Part shown: one piece after another, positions 23,485-25,906 of the stretch
Layout: each line of letters begins with the position of its first letter
How positions within the stretch are numbered: the first letter of the stretch is position 1
IMG/VR virus record: IMGVR_UViG_3300017721_001597
Span: 1 to 25,906 of that record
DNA length: 25,906 nucleotides
Reading direction: 5' to 3' (one strand)
From: a virus
Taxonomy: Duplodnaviria > Caudoviricetes
Translations under genes and position numbers: made by a program
The notes under the pieces: generated by a model
What the model was told of the DNA's origin: nothing
Seen by the model: only the letters and a program-made list of their open reading frames with translations
The model's database searches: none

Positions 23485-24461
23485 TTTAAAATCTTTCCTT
23501 GTTTTAGAGTTCTGAACAAATAGCCATGCTGGAGTATGTCTATATTCTTTATATTATTTTCTTTTAAAAATCTAATTGCGTTTATATTATTCCATGTCGG
23601 CTTAAAATTTTCAATATTTTCATCAATTATTTTTGTTTGCATGTGTGCTAAGTTATCTACATCCAACCTGACCAACTTAACGTTACGCTCAATTAACTTT
23701 TCGCTGTCTTTAATAGATTTATATATTTTTTTCTTTGGGTTGTCTTGGTGTTTAACGTCGTTATCTATTAACAATTGGAATAAATTGCTTTCAAAGTCTT
23801 CTTTTAAGAGTAAATCGCTAAATTCTTTTGCTAGTTTTTTGTAGCCTACACCATTCACTCCTGGAATATTATCTGATTTATCACCAACTATTGATTTTGC
23901 AAGGCAAAAGTTATGAGGATGAACGCCGTATTTATTAATTACTGTATCTGTGTTAATAAATGACTTTGAATTAGGAGAATATATTATGCAATCTTCATCA
24001 ACAAGTTGGTAAAAATCATGATCGCCTGAAACAATTACTTTGTTTTTTTTGCTTAGTTTGTATTTTGCCAAGTAACCAATTGCGTCATCTGCTTCTGCGT
24101 CTTCGACATAAACTTGACAAACTGGTAGATTACTTAATATTCCCACTAGATTTCTAATTTGAAAGTTTCTGTTTGCAAGTGTGTCAGGTATTTCGTCGTT
24201 TTCGTAATATCTGTTCATCTTAGCGGGACGACTTCCTTTTTTATATTCTGGGTATATATCACGCTTTCTTTTAGATCCGCCACCTTCCCAAACAACAATA
24301 ACAGCTTCAGGTTTACACTTTTCTACAAGGTTAATGAGATTGTAGTAGAAGCCTACAATCCCGCCAATCTGTTCACCGTTGTCAGACATCGCAGGGTGTG
24401 CGATATAATGACGCATGAAAACATTCATTGCGTCAAAAATCATTATCCTGTCTTTTACCAT
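23481..24461 (-). CDS. 5'-3' exonuclease / flap endonuclease (PolA N-terminal, T4 RNase H / T5 D15-like)
   Basis: IFDAMN, RKRDIYPEYKKGSR, EADDAIG, SGDHDF, GDKSDNIPGVNGVG (H3TH). Confidence 0.93.
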   Translation of the reverse strand: MVKDRIMIFDAMNVFMRHYIAHPAMSDNGEQIGGIVGFYYNLINLVEKCKPEAVIVVWEGGGSKRKRDIYPEYKKGSRPAKMNRYYENDEIPDTLANRNFQIRNLVGILSNLPVCQVYVEDAEADDAIGYLAKYKLSKKNKVIVSGDHDFYQLVDEDCIIYSPNSKSFINTDTVINKYGVHPHNFCLAKSIVGDKSDNIPGVNGVGYKKLAKEFSDLLLKEDFESNLFQLLIDNDVKHQDNPKKKIYKSIKDSEKLIERNVKLVRLDVDNLAHMQTKIIDENIENFKPTWNNINAIRFLKENNIKNIDILQHGYLFRTLKQGKILK

Positions 24462-25627
24462 TATAGATCACTCTCATCAAAGTCTAATAATAAGTTTCCT
24501 ACTTCTTTTACTTCTTCGTAAGACTCGGGATCAATCTCGACCCCATCAGAAGTACCCATCTTTTTGACCATGGCGTCATTAATAATAATGTCAACAATAG
24601 GGCCCCAAAAGTGATCTTCCATAATTTCATTAAACTCAGTTTTTCTAAACTTTTTTGAATCTATTTCATTACCATTTTCATCCATTATTTGAATTGACTT
24701 CCATCCGCCTGTACCAGAAACAAGATAACACCTATCTTCGTGTGTAACCATACCGTGTTTTCTTAACATGTCAAAAGTTTCTTCATGTTCAACGATTCCT
24801 TTTCCAAAGTGTATTTGGAAAGCTACTTTTCTAAACGGAGGCGCAACTTTGTTTTTTACAGTTTTTGCCCAAACATTAATACCAATAACATCATCTCCAT
24901 CCTTGATTTGTTGACCGGCACCTAGTTTGATTCTAATAGAAGAGTGAAAAGGTATTGCCTTACCCCCAGGGGTTGTATCCGGGTCACCATACATTACACC
25001 AACTTTTGTTCGGATTTGATTAAGGCAAACTAGCAAACTGTTTGTTTGTCCTATGACACCGGTGATTTTTCTCATACCCTTTGATATCGCACGTGCTTGC
25101 AATCCAATACTTTCTTTGTCGTAGTCTCCAAGTAGCTCAGCTTTTGGTGAAGATGCTGCAACGCTATCCCAGATAATTGTGACGGGCACATCTTTGTCAA
25201 GCGCCCTTGCCTTTAGAATTGTTTTCTCTGCCAAGTCAAGAACATGTTCTGTACAGTGTGTGTCTACATAGACAAAACGTTCAGAAACGTCGACACCTAA
25301 GTTTCCTAAGTTTTCAATACTAGTTGCGTTTTCTGTGTCAATATAAACTACAATACCACCCATTTTCTGTGTACTTCTTGCGATCTGTGTCGCAATATGA
25401 GACTTTCCAATTGACGGCGGGCCAAACATTTCTACAATTCGTCCCTCCGGTAGGCCTCCGTTAGATTGATTTGCACAGATGTAGTCTAACATCTTTGAAC
25501 CGGTGCTAATCCATCTTTTTACTTGTGTAGGACTTTCGTCTTCAGCTAAATTATAAGCAACTTTTGTTTTGTAGTCTTTGTTTAAAGACTTAATTAGCTG
25601 CGAAGTAAAATTGTCATTCTTTCCCAT
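24461..25627 (-). CDS. recA: RecA/UvsX-family recombinase
   Basis: ISTGS..LD, GGLPEGRIVEMFGPPSIGKS (Walker A), YIDTE, IIWDSVAA (Walker B), NQIR, PGGKAIPFHSSIR, VKNKVAPPFR; GAGGAG RBS. Confidence 0.97.
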   Translation of the reverse strand: MGKNDNFTSQLIKSLNKDYKTKVAYNLAEDESPTQVKRWISTGSKMLDYICANQSNGGLPEGRIVEMFGPPSIGKSHIATQIARSTQKMGGIVVYIDTENATSIENLGNLGVDVSERFVYVDTHCTEHVLDLAEKTILKARALDKDVPVTIIWDSVAASSPKAELLGDYDKESIGLQARAISKGMRKITGVIGQTNSLLVCLNQIRTKVGVMYGDPDTTPGGKAIPFHSSIRIKLGAGQQIKDGDDVIGINVWAKTVKNKVAPPFRKVAFQIHFGKGIVEHEETFDMLRKHGMVTHEDRCYLVSGTGGWKSIQIMDENGNEIDSKKFRKTEFNEIMEDHFWGPIVDIIINDAMVKKMGTSDGVEIDPESYEEVKEVGNLLLDFDESDL

Positions 25628-25651
25628 AGTATACTCCTCTTATGTTAGTAT

Positions 25652-25681
25652 ATTATAGGGCAGACTTGATCAAATTTTCAA
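25652..25681 (-). promoter_or_regulatory. Sigma70-like promoter for the recA-exonuclease-helicase-nrdJ operon
   Basis: TTGAAA-N18-TATAAT, ending 24 nt upstream of the recA ATG. Confidence 0.55.
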
Positions 25682-25906
25682 TTAATTCCTGAAAGTTTTT
25701 CCCATCTTTTTTTACTAAATGCTCTGTTAGAAATTTTATTTTCTGCCAAAGATTGGAAAGCTTTGTCGATTGATGATCCAATATCATCCCCAAGTTCATC
25801 AACAACTTTTTGACCCGCGTAATAAAGATCAGTTGATCCGTAAGCTGTATCTTTAATAAATTCTAGGCCTCGTCTTCTACTATTTACATCAAGCAAGTCT
25901 TGCATC
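25678..25906 (-). CDS. Hypothetical protein, probably the 3' end of a gene entering from beyond the window
   Basis: Open frame from the window edge to TGA at 25678; the true start is not visible. Confidence 0.6.
   Translation of the reverse strand, partial: MQDLLDVNSRRRGLEFIKDTAYGSTDLYYAGQKVVDELGDDIGSSIDKAFQSLAENKISNRAFSKKRWEKLSGIN

Noticed and set aside
124-24521. All plus-strand ORFs in the track (e.g. 6863-7120, 7256-7489, 7523-7786, 7835-8047, 22058-22372, 24159-24521)
   Set aside because: They lie antisense to well-supported minus-strand genes, mostly in mirror codon register, and lack recognisable motifs; they are shadow ORFs.
19584-25627. Inteins or introns in nrdJ, the helicase or recA
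   Set aside because: Lengths are ordinary, motifs are contiguous, and no intein splice-junction or homing-endonuclease motifs were seen.
1-25906. Stop-codon reassignment (TAG or TGA read-through) as in some large phages
   Set aside because: Conserved genes are full length in the standard code, and TAG (3958, 2187) and TGA (23481) end genes right where the next gene or its RBS begins.
1-25906. Giant eukaryotic virus (NCLDV) origin, suggested by the Nei1-like glycosylase and the J-domain
   Set aside because: Shine-Dalgarno sites, overlapping operons, RecA, a DnaB-type helicase and a peptidoglycan amidase indicate a bacteriophage.

Overview
AT-rich fragment of a large lytic dsDNA tailed bacteriophage (jumbo/T4-like style). 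Every credible gene is on the minus strand, most have AGGAG/GGAG ribosome-binding sites, and many overlap at TAATG/ATGA junctions. In transcription order (right to left) the window holds four blocks. (1) Replication: RecA-family recombinase, 5'-3' flap exonuclease, DnaB/gp41-type helicase, class II (B12) ribonucleotide reductase. (2) An unannotated 19-codon Cys-rich ORF, ClpP, a Dps/ferritin-like protein and a modular amidase endolysin. (3) Three large putative virion proteins (1212, 1651, 807 aa) around a small DUF5659-like gene, then small genes including a J-domain protein. (4) DNA repair and nucleotide pool: a zinc-finger-less Fpg/Nei glycosylase, a dimeric dUTPase/dCTPase-like protein, and its degenerate paralogue fused to a HAD nucleotidase. 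No tRNA, CRISPR array, intein or mobile element was seen. The strongest leads are the active plus degenerate dNTPase/HAD pair, the Cys-rich micro-ORF, the hybrid glycosylase, and AGTT-repeat leaders flanking the virion operon. All family assignments come from motifs recognised by eye, not from database searches.
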